DNA of 64,000 bases, from NCBI GenBank assembly GCA_964016885.1, contig OZ024740.1, positions 410,316,001 to 410,380,000 of the forward strand. The letters are read 5' to 3'. Below the pieces are notes generated by a model. It worked only from the letters and a program-made list of their open reading frames with translations, was not told where the DNA came from and did not search any database. The DNA is from Eledone cirrhosa. Lineage: Eukaryota. Both the position numbers and the translations under genes were made by a program. Shown here piece by piece: positions 15,001-30,000 of the stretch; within the stretch, counting starts at the first letter, position 1, and each line of letters starts with the position of its first letter.

Positions 15001-18000
15001 GAAGGAGTGAGGGAAAAGAAGAAAGAATATATTTAGAAAGAGTGAGACAGAAGAAGAAAGGATATATTTAGAAGAAGTAAGGGAGAAGAAGAAAGAATAT
15101 ATTTAGAAGGAGTGAGGGAGAAGAAGAAAGAATATATTTAGAAGGAGTGAGGCAGAAGGAGAAAGAATATATTTAGCAGGAGTGAGGCAGAAGGAGAAAC
15201 AATATATTGAGAAGGAGTTAGGCAGAAGGAGAAATAAAATATTTAGCAGGAGTGAGGCAGAAGAAGAAAGAATATAGTTAGCAGGAGTGAGGCAGAAGTG
15301 GAACGAATATATTTAGAAGGAGTAAGGCAGAAGAAAGAATAAATTTAGAAAGAGTGAGGATGAAGAAGAAAAAATATATTTAGAAGGAGTGAGGCAGAAG
15401 AAGAAAGAATATATTTAGCAGGAGTGAGGCAGAAGGAGAAAGAATATATTTAGAAGGTGTGAGGCAGAAGGAGAAAGAATATATTTTGCAGGAGTGAGGC
15501 AGAAGCGTAAAGAATATGTTTAGAAGGAGTAAGGCAGAAGAAGAAAGAATATATTCAGAAGGAGTGAGGCAGAAGAAGAAAGAATATATTCAGAAGGAGT
15601 GAGGCAGAAGAAGAAAGAATATATTTTGAAGGAGTGAGGCAGAAGAAGAAAGAATATATTCAGAAGGAGTGAGGCAGAAGAAAGAATATATTTAGCAGGA
15701 GTGAGGCAGAAGAAGAGAGAATATATTTAGAAGGAGTAAGGCAGAAGAAGAAAGAATATATTTAGAAGGAGTTAGGCAGAAGACGAACGAATATATTTAG
15801 AAGGAGTAAGGCAGAAGAAAGAATATATTTAGAAAGAGTGAGACAGAAGAAGAAAAAATATATTTAGAAGGAGTAAGGCAGAAGTAGAACGAATATATTT
15901 ATAAGGAGTAAGGCAGTAGAAAGAATATATTTAGAAAGAGTGAGACAGAAGAAAAAAAATATTTAGAAGGAGTGAGGGAGAAGAAGAAAGAATATATTCA
16001 GAAGGAGTGAGGCAGAAGAAGAAAGAATATATTTAGAAGGAGTGTGGGAGAAGAAAGAATATATTCAGAAGGAGTGAGGTAGACGAAGAAAGAATATATT
16101 TAGAAGGAGTAGGGCAGAAGAAGAAAGAATATATTCAGAAGGAGTGAGGGAGAAAAAGAAAGAATATATTTAGAAGGATTGAGGCAGAAGAAGAAAGAAT
16201 ATATTTAGAATGAGTGTAGGAGAAGAAAGAATATATTTAGAAGGAGTAAGGCAGAAGAAAGAATATATTTAGAAGGAGTAAGGCAGAAGAATATATTTAG
16301 AAAGAGTGAGACAGAAGAAGAAAGAATATATTTAGAAGGAATGAGGGAGAAGAAGAAAGAATATATTCAGAAGGAGTGAGGCAGAAGAAGAAAGAATATA
16401 TTTAGAAGGAGTGAGGCAGAAGAAGAAAGAATATATTTAGAAGGAGTAAGGCAGAAGGAAGAATATATTTAGAAAGAGTGAGACAGAAGAGGACAGAATA
16501 TGTTTAGAAAGAGTGAGGCAGAAGAATAATGAATATATTTAGAAGGAGTGAGGGAGAAGAAGAAAGAATATATTTAGAAGGAGTGAGACAGAAGAAGAAA
16601 GAATATATTCAGAAGGAGTGAGGCAGAAGAATAAAGAATATATTTAGCAGGAGTGAGGCAGAAGAAGAGAGAATATATTTAGAAGGAGTAAGGCAGAAGA
16701 AGAAAGAATATATTTAAAAGGAGTTAGGCAGAAGAGGAACTAATATATTTAGAAGGAGTGTGGGAGAAGAAAGAATATATTCAGAAGGAGTGGGGTAGAC
16801 GAAGAAAGAATATATTTAGAAGGAGTAAGGCACAAGAAGAAAGAATATATTCAGAAGGAGTGAGGGAGAAAAAGAAAGAATATATTTAGAAGGATTGAGG
16901 CAGAAGAAGAAAGAATATATTTAGAAGGAGTGAGGGAGAAGAAGAAAGAATATATTTAGAAGGAGTAAGGCAGAAGAAAGAATATATTTAGAAGGAGTAA
17001 GGCAGAACGAATATATTTATAAGGAGTAAGGCAGTAGAAAGAATATATTTAGAAAGAGTGAGACAGAAGAAGAAAGAATATATTTAGAAGGAGTGAGGGA
17101 GAAGAAGAAAGAATATATTCACAAGGAGTGAGGCAGAAGAAGAAAGAATATATTTAGAAGGAGTAATGCAGAACGAATATATTTATAAGGAGTAAGGCAG
17201 TAGAAAGAATATATTTAGAAAGAGTGAGACAGAAGAAGAAAGAATATATTCAGAAGGAGTGAGGTAGAAGAAGAAAGAATATATTTAGAAAGAGTGAGAC
17301 AGAAGAAGAAAGAATATATTTAGAAGGAGTGAGGGAGAAGGATTAAGAGTATATTTAGAAGGAGTGAGGCAGAAGAAGAAAGAATATATTTAGAAGGAGT
17401 GAGGGAGAACAAGAAAGAATATATTTAGAAGGAGTGAGGGAGAAGAAAGAATATATTTAGAAGGAGTAAGGCAGAAGAAAGAATATATTTAGAAGGAGTG
17501 AGGTAGACGAAGAAAGAATATATTTAGAAGGAGTAGGGCAGAAGAAGAAAGAATATATTTAGAAGGATTGAGGCAGAAGAAGAAAGAATATATTTAGAAG
17601 GAGTGAGGGAGAAGAAGAAAGAATATATTTAGAAGGAGTAAGGCAGAAGAAAGAATATATTTAGAAGGGGTAAGGCAGAACGAATATAAGGAGTAAGACA
17701 GTAGAAAGAATATATTTAGAAAGAGTGAGACAGAAGAAGAAAGAATATATTTAGAAGGAGTGAGGGAGAAGAAGAAAGAATATATTCACAAGGAGTGAGG
17801 CAGAAGAAGAAAGAATATATTTAGAAGGAGTAAGGCAGAACGAATATATTTATAAGGAGTAAGGCAGTAGAAAGAATATATTTAGAAAGAGTGAGACAGA
17901 AGAAGAAAGAATATATTCAGAAGGAGTGAGGTAGAAGAAGAAAGAATATATTGAGAAAGAGTGAGACAGAAGAAGAAAGAATATATTTAGAAGGAGTGAG

Positions 18001-21000
18001 GGAGAAGTATTAAGAATATATTTAGAAGGAGTGAGGCAGAAGAAGAAAGAACATATTTAGAAGGAGTGAGGCAGAAGAAGAAAGAATATATTTAGAAGGA
18101 GTGAGGCAGAAGTAGAAAGAATATATTTAGAATGAGTGAGGGAGAAGAAAGAATATATTTAGAAGGAGTAAGGCAGAAGAAAGAATATATTTAGAAGGAG
18201 TAAGGCAGAAGAATATATTTAGAAAGAGTGAGACAGAAGAAGAAAGAATATATTTAGAAGGAATGAGGGAGAAGAAGAAAGAATATATTTAGAAGGAGTG
18301 AGGCAGAAGAAGAAAGAATATATTTAGAAGGAGTGAGGCAGAAGAAGAAAGAATATATTTAGAAGGAGTGAGGGAGAAGAAGAAAGAATATATTTAGAAG
18401 GAGTGAGACAGAAGAAGAAAGAATATATTTAGAAGGAGTGAGGCAGAAGAAGAAAGAATATATTCAGAAGGAGTGAGGCAGAAGAATAAAGAATATATTT
18501 AGCAGGAGTGAGGCAGAAGAAGAGAGAATATATTTAGAAGGAGTAAGGCAGAAGAAGAAAGAATATATTTAAAAGGAGTTAGGCAGAAGAGGAACGAATA
18601 TATTTAGAAGGAGTGTGGGAGAAGAAAGAATATATTCAGAAGGAGTGAGGTAGACGAAGAAAGAATATATTTTGAAGGAGTAAGGCAGAAGAAGAAAGAA
18701 TATATTCAGAAGGAGTGAGGGAGAAAAAAAAAGAATATATTTAGAAGGATTGAGGCAGAAGAAGAAAGAATATATTTAGAAGGAGTGAGGGAGAAGAAGA
18801 AAGAATATATTTAGAAGGAGTAAGGCAGAAGAAAGAATATATTTAGAAGGAGTAAGGCAGAACGAATATATTTATAAGGAGTAAGGCAGTAGAAAGAATA
18901 TATTTAGAAAGAGTGAGACAGAAGAAGAAAATATATTTAGAAGGAGTGAGGGAGAAGAAGAAAGAATATATTCACAAGGAGTGAGGCAGAAGAAGAAAGA
19001 ATATATTTAGAAGGAGTAAGGCAGAACGAATATATTTATAAGGAGTAAGGCAGTAGAAAGAATATATTTAGAAAGAGTGAGACAGAAGAAGAAAGAATAT
19101 ATTCTGAAGGAGTGAGGTAGAAGAAGAAAGAATATATTTAGAAAGAGTGAGACAGAAGAAGAAAGAATATATTTAGAAGGAGTGAGGGAGAAGGATTGAG
19201 AATATATTTAGAAGGAGTGAGGCAGAAGAAGAAAGAATATATTTAGAAGGAGTGAGGGAGAACAAGAAAGAATATATTTAGAAGGAGTGAGGGAGAAGAA
19301 AGAATATATTTAGAATGAGTAAGGCAGAAGAAAGAATATATTTAGAAGGAGTAAGGCAGAAGAATATATTTAGAAAGAGTGAGACAGAAGAAGAAAGAAT
19401 ATATTTAGAAGGAATGAGGGAGAAGAAGAAAGAATATATTTAGAAGGAGTGAGGCAGAAGAAGAAAGAATATATTTAGAAGCAGTAAGGCAGAAGAAAGT
19501 ATATATTTAGAAGGAGTAAGGCAGAAGAATATATTTAGAAACAGTGAGACAGAAGAAGAAAGAATATATTTAGAAGGAATGAGGGAGAAGAAGAAAGAAT
19601 ATATTTAGAAGGAGTGAGGCAGAAGAAGAAAGAATATATTTAGAAGGAGTGAGGCAGAAGAAGAAAGAATATATTTAGAAGGAGTAAGGCAGAAGGAAGA
19701 ATATATTTAGAAAGAGTGAGACAGAAGAGGACAGAATATGTTTAGAAAGAGTGAGGCAGAAGAATAATGAATATATTTAGAAGGAGTGAGGGAGAAGAAG
19801 AAAGAATATATTTAGAAGGAGTGAGGCAGAAGAAGAAAGAATATATTTAGAAGGAGTGAGGCAGAAGAAGAAAGAATATATTCAGAAGGAGTGAGGCAGA
19901 AGAATAAAGAATATATTTAGCAGGAGTGAGGCAGAAGAAGAGAGAATATATTTAGAAGGAGTAAGGCAGAAGAAGAAAGAATATATTTAAAAGGAGTTAG
20001 GCAGAAGAGGAACGAATATATTTAGAAGGAGTAAGGGAGAAGAAAGAATATATTTAGAAAGAGTGAGACAGAAGAAGAAAAAATATATTTAGAAGGAGTG
20101 AGGCAGAAGTAGAACGAATATATTTATAAGGAGTAAGGCAGTAGAAAGAATATATTTAGAAAGAGTGAGACAGAAGAAAAAAATATTTAGAAGGAGTGAG
20201 GGAGAAGAAGAAAGAATATATTCAGAAGGAGTGAGGCAGAAGAAGAAAGAATATATTTAGAAGGAGTGTGGGAGAAGAAAGAATATATTCAGAAGGAGTG
20301 AGGTAGACGAAGAAAGAATATATTTAGAAGGAGTAAGGCAGAAGAAGAAAGAATATATTCAGAAGGAGTGAGGGAGAAAGAGAAAGAATATATTTAGAAG
20401 GATTGAGGCAGAAGAAGAAAGAATATATTTAGAAGGAGTGAGGGAGAAGACGAAAGAATATATTTAGAAGGAGTAAGGCAGAAGAAAGAATATATTTAGA
20501 AGGAGTAAGGCAGAACGAATATATTTATAAGGAGTAAGGCAGTAGAAAGAATATATTTAGAAAGAGTGAGACAGAAGAAGAAAGAATATATTTAGAAGGA
20601 GTGAGGGAGAAGAAGAAAGAATATATTCACAAGGAGTGAGGCAGAAGAAGAAAGAATATATTTAGAAGGAGTAAGGCAGAACGAATATATTTATAAGGAG
20701 TAAGGCAGTAGAAAGAATATATTTAGAAAGAGTGAGACAGAAGAAGAAAGAATATATTCAGAAGGAGTGAGGTAGAAGAAGAAAGAATATATTTAGAAAG
20801 AGTGAGACAGAAGAAGAAAGAATATATTTAGAAGGAGTGAGGGAGAAGGATTAAGAATATATTTAGAAGGAGTGAGGCAGAAGAAGAAAGAATATATTTA
20901 GAAGGAGTGAGGGAGAACAAGAAAGAATATATTTAGAAGGAGTGAGGGAGAAGAAAGAATATATTTAGAAGGAGTAAGGCAGAAGAAAGAATATATTTAG

Positions 21001-24000
21001 AAGGAGTAAGGCAGAAGAATATATTTAGAAAGAGTGAGACAGAAGAAGAAAGAATATATTTAGAAGGAATGAGGGAGAAGATGAAAGAATATATTTAGAA
21101 GGAGTGAGGCAGAAGAAGAAAGAATATATTTAGAAGGAGTAAGGCAGAAGAAAGAATATATTTAGAAGGAGTAAGGCAGAAGAATATATTTAGAAAGAGT
21201 GAGACAGAAGAAGAAAGTATATATTTAGAAGGAATGAGGGAGAAGAAGAAAGAATATATTTAGAAGGAGTGAGGCAGAAGAAGAAAGAATATATTTAGAA
21301 GGAGTGAGGCAGAAGAAGAAAGAATATATTTAGAAGGAGTAAGGCAGAAGGAAGAATATATTTAGAAAGAGTGAGACAGAAGAGGACAGAATATGTTTAG
21401 AAAGAGTGAGGCAGAAGAATAATGAATATATTTAGAAGGAGTGAGGGAGAAGAAGAAAGAATATATTTAGAAGGAGTGAGGCAGAAGAAGAAAGAATATA
21501 TTTAGAAGGAGTGAGGCAGAAGAAGAAAGAATATATTCAGAAGGAGTGAGGCAGAAGAATAAAGAATATATTTAGCAGGAGTGAGGCAGAAGAAGAGAGA
21601 ATATATTTAGAAGGAGTAAGGCAGAAGAAGAAAGAATATATTTAGAAGGAGTTAGGCAGAAGACGAACGAATATATTTAGAAGGAGTAAGGCAGAAGAAA
21701 GGATATATTTAGAAAGAGTGAGACAGAAGAAGAAAAAATATATTTAGAAGGAGTGAGGCAGAAGTAGAACGAATATATTTATAAGGAGTAAGGCAGTAGA
21801 AAGAATATATTTAGAAAGAGTGAGACAGAAGAAAAAAAATATTTAGAAGGAGTGAGGGAGAAGAAGAAAGAATATATTCAGAAGGAGTGAGGCAGAAGAA
21901 GAAAGAATATATTTAGAAGAAGTGTGGGAGAAGAAAGAATATATTCAGAAGGAGTGAGGTAGACGAAGAAAGAATATATTTAGAAGGACTAGGGCAGAAG
22001 AAGAAAGAATATATTCAGAAGGAGTGAGGGAGAAAAAGAAAGAATATATTTAGAAGGATTGAGGCAGAAGAAGAAAGAATATATTTAGAAGGAGTGAGGG
22101 AGAAGAAGAAAGAATATATTTAGAAGGAGTAAGGCAGAAGAAAGAATATATTTAGAAGGGGTAAGGCAGAACGAATATAAGGAGTAAGGCAGTAGAAAGA
22201 ATATATTTAGAAAGAGTGAGACAGAAGAAGAAAGAATATATTTAGAAGGAGTGAGGGAGAAGAAGAAAGAATATATTCACAAGGAGTGAGTCAGAAGAAG
22301 AAAGAATATATTTAGAAGGAGTAAGGCAGAACGAATATATTTATAAGGAGTAAGGCAGTAGAAAGAATATATTTAGAAAGAGTGAGACAGAAGAAGAAAG
22401 AATATATTCAGAAGGAGTGAGGTAGAAGAAGAAAGAATATATTGAGAAAGAGTGAGACAGAAGAAGAAAGAATATATTTAGAAGGAGTGAGGGAGAAGGA
22501 TTAAGAATATATTTAGAAGGAGTGAGGCAGAAGAAGAAAGAATATATTTAGAAGGAGTGAGGCAGAAGAAGAAAGAATATATTTAGAAGGAGTGAGGCAG
22601 AAGTAGAAAGAATATATTTAGAATGAGTGAGGGAGAAGAAAGAATATATTTAGAAGGAGTAAGGCAGAAGAAAGAATATATTTAGAAGGAGTAAGGCAGA
22701 AGAATATATTTAGAAAGAGTGAGACAGAAGAAGAAAGAATATATTTAGAAGGAATGAGGGAGAAGAAGAAAGAATATATTTAGAAGGAGTGAGGCAGAAG
22801 AAGAAAGAATATATTTAGAAGGAGTGAGGCAGAAGAAGAAAGAATATATTTAGAAGGAGTAAGGCAGAAGGAAGAATATATTTAGAAAGAGTGAGACAGA
22901 AGAGGACAGAATATGTTTAGAAAGAGTGAGGCAGAAGAATAATGAATGTATTTAGAAGGAGTGAGGGAGAAGAAGAAAGAATATATTTAGAAGGAGTGAG
23001 ACAGAAGAAGAAAGAATATATTTAGAAGGAGTGAGGCAGAAGAAGAAAGAATATATTCAGAAGGAGTGAGGCAGAAGAATAAAGAATATATTTAGCAGGA
23101 GTAAGGCAGAACGAATATATTTATAAGGAGTAAGGCAGTAGAAAGAATATATTTAGAAAGAGTGAGACAGAAGAAGAAAGAATATATTCAGAAGGAGTGA
23201 GGTAGAAGAAGAAAGAATATATTTAGAAAGAGTGAGACAGAAGAAGAAAGAATATATTTAGAAGGAGTGAGGGAGAAGGATTAAGAATATATTTAGAAGG
23301 AGTGAGGCAGAAGAAGAAAGAATATATTTAGAAGGAGTGAGGGAGAACAAGAAAGAATATATTTAGAAGGAGTGAGGGAGAAGAAAGATTATATTTAGAA
23401 GGAGTAAGGCAGAAGAAAGAATATATTTAGAAGGAGTGAGGTAGACGAAGAAAGAATATATTTAGAAGGAGTAGGGCAGAAGAAGAAAGAATATATTCAG
23501 AAGGAGTGAGGGAGAAAAAGAAAGAATATATTTAGAAGGATTGAGGCAGAAGAAGAAAGAATATATCTAGAAGGAGTGAGGGAGAAGAAGAAAGAATATA
23601 TTTAGAAGGAGTAAGGCAGAAGAAAGAATATATTTAGAAGGGGTAAGGCAGAACGAATATAAGGAGTAAGACAGTAGAAAGAATATATTTAGAAAGAGTG
23701 AGACAGAAGAAGAAAGAATATATTTAGAAGGAGTGAGGGAGAAGAAGAAAGAATATATTCACAAGGAGTGAGGCAGAAGAAGAAAGAATATATGTAGAAG
23801 GAGTAAGGCAGAACGAATATATTTATAAGGAGTAAGGCAGTAGAAAGAATATATTTAGAAAGAGTGAGACAGAAGAAGAAAGAATATATTCAAAAGGAGT
23901 GAGGTAGAAGAAGAAAGAATATATTGAGAAAGAATGAGACAGAAGAAGAAAGAATATATTTAGAAGGAGTGAGGCAGAAGAAGAAAGAATATATTTAGAA

Positions 24001-27000
24001 GGAGTGAGGCAGAAGTAGAAAGAATATATTTAGAATGAGTGAGGGAGAAGAAAGAATATATTTAGAAGGAGTAAGGCAGAAGAAAGAATATATTTAGAAG
24101 GAGTAAGGCAGAAGAATATATTTAGAAAGAGTGAGACAGAAGAAGAAAGAATATATTTAGAAGGAATGAGGGAGAAGAAGAAAGAATATATTTAGAAGGA
24201 GTGAGGCAGAAGAAGAAAGAATATATTTAGAAGGAGTGAGGCAGAAGAAGAAAGAATATATTTAGAAGGAGTAAGGCAGAAGGAAGAATATATTTAGAAA
24301 GAGTGAGACAGAAGAGGACAGAATATGTTTAGAAAGAGTGAGGCAGAAGAATAATGAATATATTTAGAAGGAGTGAGGGAGAAGAAGAAAGAATATATTT
24401 AGAAGGAGTGAGACAGAAGAAGAAAGAATATATTTAGAAGGAGTGAGGCAGAAGAAGAAAGAATATATTCAGAAGGAGTGAGGCAGAAGAATAAAGAATA
24501 TATTTAGCAGGAGTGAGGCAGAAGAAGAGAGAATATATTTAGAAGGAGTAAGGCAGAAGAAGAAAGAATATATTTAAAAGGAGTTAGGCAGAAGAGGAAC
24601 GAATATATTTAGAAGGAGTGTGGGAGAAGAAAGAATATATTCAGAAGGAGTGAGGTAGACGAAGAAAGAATATATTTAGAAGGAGTAAGGCAGAAGAAGA
24701 AAGAATATATTCAGAAGGAGTGAGGGAGAAAAAGAAAGAATATATTTAGAAGGATTGAGGCAGAAGAAGAAAGAATATATTTAGAAGGAGTGAGGGAGAA
24801 GAAGAAAGAATATATTTAGAAGGAGTAAGGCAGAAGAAAGAATATATTTAGAAGGAGTAAGGCAGAACGAATATATTTATAAGGAGTAAGGCAGTAGAAA
24901 GAATATATTTAGAAAGAGTGAGACAGAAGAAGAAAGAATATATTTAGAAGGAGTGAGGGAGAAGAAGAAAGAATATATTCACAAGGAGTGAGGCAGAAGA
25001 AGAGAAGAATATATTTAGAAGGAGTAAGGCAGAACGAATATATTTATAAGGAGTAAGGCAGTAGAAAGAATATATTTAGAAAGAGTGAGACAGAAGAAGA
25101 AAGAATATATTCAGAAGGAGTGTGGTAGAAGAAGAAAGAATATATTTAGAAAGAGTGAGACAGAAGAAGAAAGAATATATTTAGAAGGAGTGAGGGAGAA
25201 AGATTAAGAATATATTTAGAAGGAGTGAGGCAGAAGAAGAAAGAATATATTTAGAAGGAGTGAGGGAGAACAAGAAAGAATATATTTAGAAGGAGTGAGG
25301 GAGAAGAAAGAATATATTTAGAAGGAGTAAGGCAGAAGAAAGAATATATTTAGAAGGAGTGAGGTAGACGAAGAAAGAATATATTTAGAAGGAGTAGGGC
25401 AGAAGAAGAAAGAATATATTTAGAAGGAGTGAGGCAGAAGAAGAAAGAATATATTTAGAAGGAGTGAGGGAGAAGAAGAAAGAATATATTTAGAAGGAGT
25501 AAGGCAGAAGAAAGGATATATTTAGAAGGGGTAAGGCAGAACGAATATAAGGAGTAAGACAGTAGAAAGAATATATTTAGAAAGAGTGAGACAGAAGAAG
25601 AAAGAATATATTTAGAAGGAGTGAGGGAGAAGAAGAAAGAATATATTCACAAGGAGTGAGGCAGAAGAAGAAAGAATATATTTAGAAGGAGTAAGACAGA
25701 ACGAATATATTTATAAGGAGTAAGGCAGTAGAAAGAATATATTTAGAAAGAGTGAGACAGAAGAAGAAAGAATATATTCAGAAGGAGTGAGGTAGAAGAA
25801 GAAAGAATATATTGAGAAAGAGTGAGGCAGAAGAAGAAAGAATATATTTAGAAGGAGTGAGGGAGAAGGATTAAGAATATATTTAGAAGGAGTGAGGCAG
25901 AAGAAGAAAGAATATATTTAGAAGGAGTGAGGCAGAAGAAGAAAGAATATATTTAGAAGGAGTGAGGCAGAAGTTGAAAGAATATATTTAGAATGAGTGA
26001 GGGAGAAGAAAGAATATATTTAGAAGGAGTAAGGCAGAAGAAAGAATATATTTAGAAGGAGTAAGGCAGAAGAATATATTTAGAAAGAGTGAGACAGAAG
26101 AAGAAAGAATATATTTAGAAGGAATGAGGGAGAAGAAGAAAGAATATATTTAGAAGGAGTGAGGCAGAAGAAGAAAGAATATATTTAGAAGGAGTGAGGC
26201 AGAAGAAGAAAGAATATATTTAGAAGGAGTAAGGCAGAAGGAAGAATATATTTAGAAAGAGTGAGACGGAAGAAGAAAGAATATGTTTAGAAAGAGTGAG
26301 GCAGAAGAATAATGAATATATTTAGAAGGAGTGAGGGAGAAGAAGAAAGAATATATTTAGAAGGAGTGAGACAGAAGAAGAAAGAATATATTTAGAAGGA
26401 GTGTGGCAGAAGAAGAAAGAATATATTCAGAAGGAGTGAGGCAGAAGAATAAAGAATATATTTAGCAGGAGTGAGGCAGAAGAAGAGAGAATATATTTAG
26501 AAGGAGTAAGGCAGAAGAAGAAAGAATATATTTAAAAGGAGTTAGGCAGAAGAGGAACGAATATATTTAGAAGGAGTGTGGGAGAAGAAAGAATATATTC
26601 AGAAGGAGTGAGGTAGACGAAGAAAGAATATATTTAGAAGGAGTAAGGCAGAAGAAGAAAGAATATATTCAGAAGGAGTGAGGGAGAAAAAGGAAAGAAT
26701 ATATTTAGAAGGATTGAGGCAGAAGAAGAAAGAATATATTTAGAAGGAGTGAGGGAGAAGAAGAAAGAATATATTTAGAAGGAGTAAGGCAGAAGAAAGA
26801 ATATATTTAGAAGGAGTAAGGCAGAACGAATATATTTATAAGGAGTAAGGCAGTAGAAAGAATATATTTAGAAAGAGTGAGACAGAAGAAGAAAGAATAT
26901 ATTTAGAAGGAGTGAGGGAGAAGAAGAAAGAATATATTCACAAGGAGTGAGGCAGAAGAAGAAAGAATATATTTAGAAGGAGTAAGGCAGAACGAATATA

Positions 27001-30000
27001 TTTATAAGGAGTAAGGCAGTAGAAAGAATATATTTAGAAAGAGTGAGACAGAAGAAGAAAGAATATATTCAGAAGGAGTGAGGTAGAAGAAGAAAGAATA
27101 TATTTAGAAAGAGTGAGACAGAAGAAGAAAGAATATATTTAGAAGGAGTCAGGGAGAAGGATTAAGAATATATTTAGAAGGAGTGAGGCAGAAGAAGAAA
27201 GAATATATTTAGAAGGAGTGAGGGAGAACAAGAAAGAATATATTTAGAAGGAGTGAGGGAGAAGAAAGAATATATTTAGAAGGAGTAAGGCAGAAGAAAG
27301 AATATATTTAGAAGGAGTAAGGCAGAAGAATATATTTAGAAAGAGTGAGACAGAAGAAGAAAGAATATATTTAGAAGGAATGAGGGAGAAGAAGAAAGAA
27401 TATATTTAGAAGGAGTGAGGCAGAAGAAGAAAGAATATATTTAGAAGGAGTAAGGCAGAAGAAAGAATATATTTAGAAGGAGTAAGGCAGAAGAATATAT
27501 TTAGAAACAGTGAGACAGAAGAAGAAAGAATATATTTAGAAGGAATGAGGGAGAAGAAGAAAGAATATATTTAGAAGGAGTGAGGCAGAAGAAGAAAGAA
27601 TATATTTAGAAGGAGTGAGGCAGAAGAAGAAAGAATATATTTAGAAGGAGTAAGGCAGAAGGAAGAATATATTTAGAAAGAGTGAGACAGAAGAGGACAG
27701 AATATGTTTAGAAAGAGTGAGGCAGAAGAATAATGAATATATTTAGAAGGAGTGAGGGAGAAGAAGAAAGAATATATTTAGAAGGAGTGAGGCAGAAGAA
27801 GAAAGAATATATTTAGAAGGAGTGAGGCAGAAGAAGAAAGAATATATTCAGAAGGAGTGAGGCAGAAGAATAAAGAATATATTTAGCAGGAGTGAGGCAG
27901 AAGAAGAGAGAATATATTTAGAAGGAGTAAGGCAGAAGAAGAAAGAATATATTTAAAAGGAGTTAGGCAGAAGGGGAACGAATATATTTAGAAGGAGTAA
28001 GGCAGAAGAAAGAATATATTTAGAAAGAGTGAGACAGAAGAAGAAAAATATATTTAGAAGGAGTGAGGCAGAAGTAGAACGAATATATTTATAAGGAGTA
28101 AGGCAGTAGAAAGAATATATTTAGAAAGAGTGAGACAGAAGAAAAAAATATTTAGAAGGAGTGAGGGAGAAGAAGAAAGAATATATTCAGAAGGAGTGAG
28201 GCAGAAGAAGAAAGAATATATTTAGAAGGAGTGTGGGAGAAGAAAGAATATATTCAGAAGGAGTGAGGTAGACGAAGAAAGAATATATTTAGAAGGAGTA
28301 AGGCAGAAGAAGAAAGAATATATTCAGAAGGAGTGAGGGAGAAAAAGAAAGAATATATTTAGAAGGATTGAGGCAGAAGAAGAAAGAATATATTTAGAAG
28401 GAGTGAGGCAGAAGAAGAAAGAATATATTTAGAAGGAGTAAGGCAGAAGAAAGAATATATTTAGAAGGAGTAAGGCAGAACGAATATATTTATAAGGAGT
28501 AAGGCAGTAGAAAGAATATATTTAGAAAGAGTGAGACAGAAGAAGAAAGAATATATTTAGAAGGAGTGAGGGAGAAGAAGAAAGAATATATTCACAAGGA
28601 GTGAGGCAGAAGAAGAAAGAATATATTTAGAAGGAGTAAGGCAGAATGAATATATTTATAAGGAATAAGGCAGTAGAAAGAATATATTTAGAAAGAGTGA
28701 GACAGAAGAAGAAAGAATATATTCAGAAGGAGTGAGGTAGAAGAAGAAAGAATATATTTAGAAAGAGTGAGACAGAAGAAGAAAGAATATATTTAGAAGG
28801 AGTGAGGGAGAAGGATTAAGAATATATTTAGAAGGAGTGAGGCAGAAGAAGAAAGAATATATTTAGAAGGAGTGAGGGAGAAGAAGAAAGAATATATTTA
28901 GAAGGAGTGAGGGAGAAGAAAGAATATATTTAGAAGGAGTAAGGCAGAAGAAAGAATATATTTAGAAGGAGTAAGGCAGAAGAATATATTTAGAAAGAGT
29001 GAGACAGAAGAAGAAAGAATAAATTTAGAAGGAATGAGGGAGAAGAAGAAAGAATATATTTAGAAGGAGTGAGGCAGAAGAAGAAAGAATATATTTAGAA
29101 GGATTGAGGCAGAAGAAGAAAGAATATATTTAGAAGGAGTAAGGCAGAAGAAAGAATATATTTAGAAAGAGTGAGACAGAAGAGGACAGAATATGTTTAG
29201 AAAGAGTGAGGCAGAAGAATAATGAATATATTTAGAAGGAGTGAGGGAGAAGAAGAAAGAATATATTTAGAAGGAGTGAGGCAGAAGAAGAAAGAATATA
29301 TTTAGAAGGAGTAAGGGAGAGAAAAAGAATATATTTAGAAAGAGTGAGACAAAAGAAGAAAGAATATATTTAGAAGGAGTGAGGGATAAGAAGAAAGAAT
29401 ATATTTAGAAGGAGTGAGGCAGAAGAATAAAGAATATATTTAGCAGGAGTGAGGCAGAAGAAGAGAGAATATATTTAGAAGGAGTAAGGCAGAAGAAGAA
29501 AGAATATATTTAAAAGGAGTTAGGCAGAAGAGGAACGAATATATTTAGAAGGAGTAAGGCAGAAGAAAGAATATATTTAGAAAGAGTGAGACAGAAGAAG
29601 AAAAAATATATTTAGAAGGAGTGAGGCAGAAGTAGAACGAATATATTTATAAGGAGTAAGGCAGTAGAAAGAATATATTTAGAAAGAGTGAGATAGAAGA
29701 AAAAAATATTTAGAAGGAGTGAGGGAGAAGAAGAAAGAATATATTTAGAAGGAGTAAGGCAGAAGAAGAAAGAATATATTCAGAAGGAGTGAGGGAGAAA
29801 AAGAAAGAATATATTTAGAAGGATTGAGGCAGAAGAAGAAAGAATATATTTAGAAGGAGTGAGGGAGAAGAAGAAAGAATATATTTAGAAGGAGTAAGGC
29901 AGAAGAAAGAATATATTCACAAGGAGTGAGGCAGAAGAAGAAAGAATATATTTAGAAGGAGTAAGGCAGAACGAATATATTTATAAGGAATAAGGCAGTA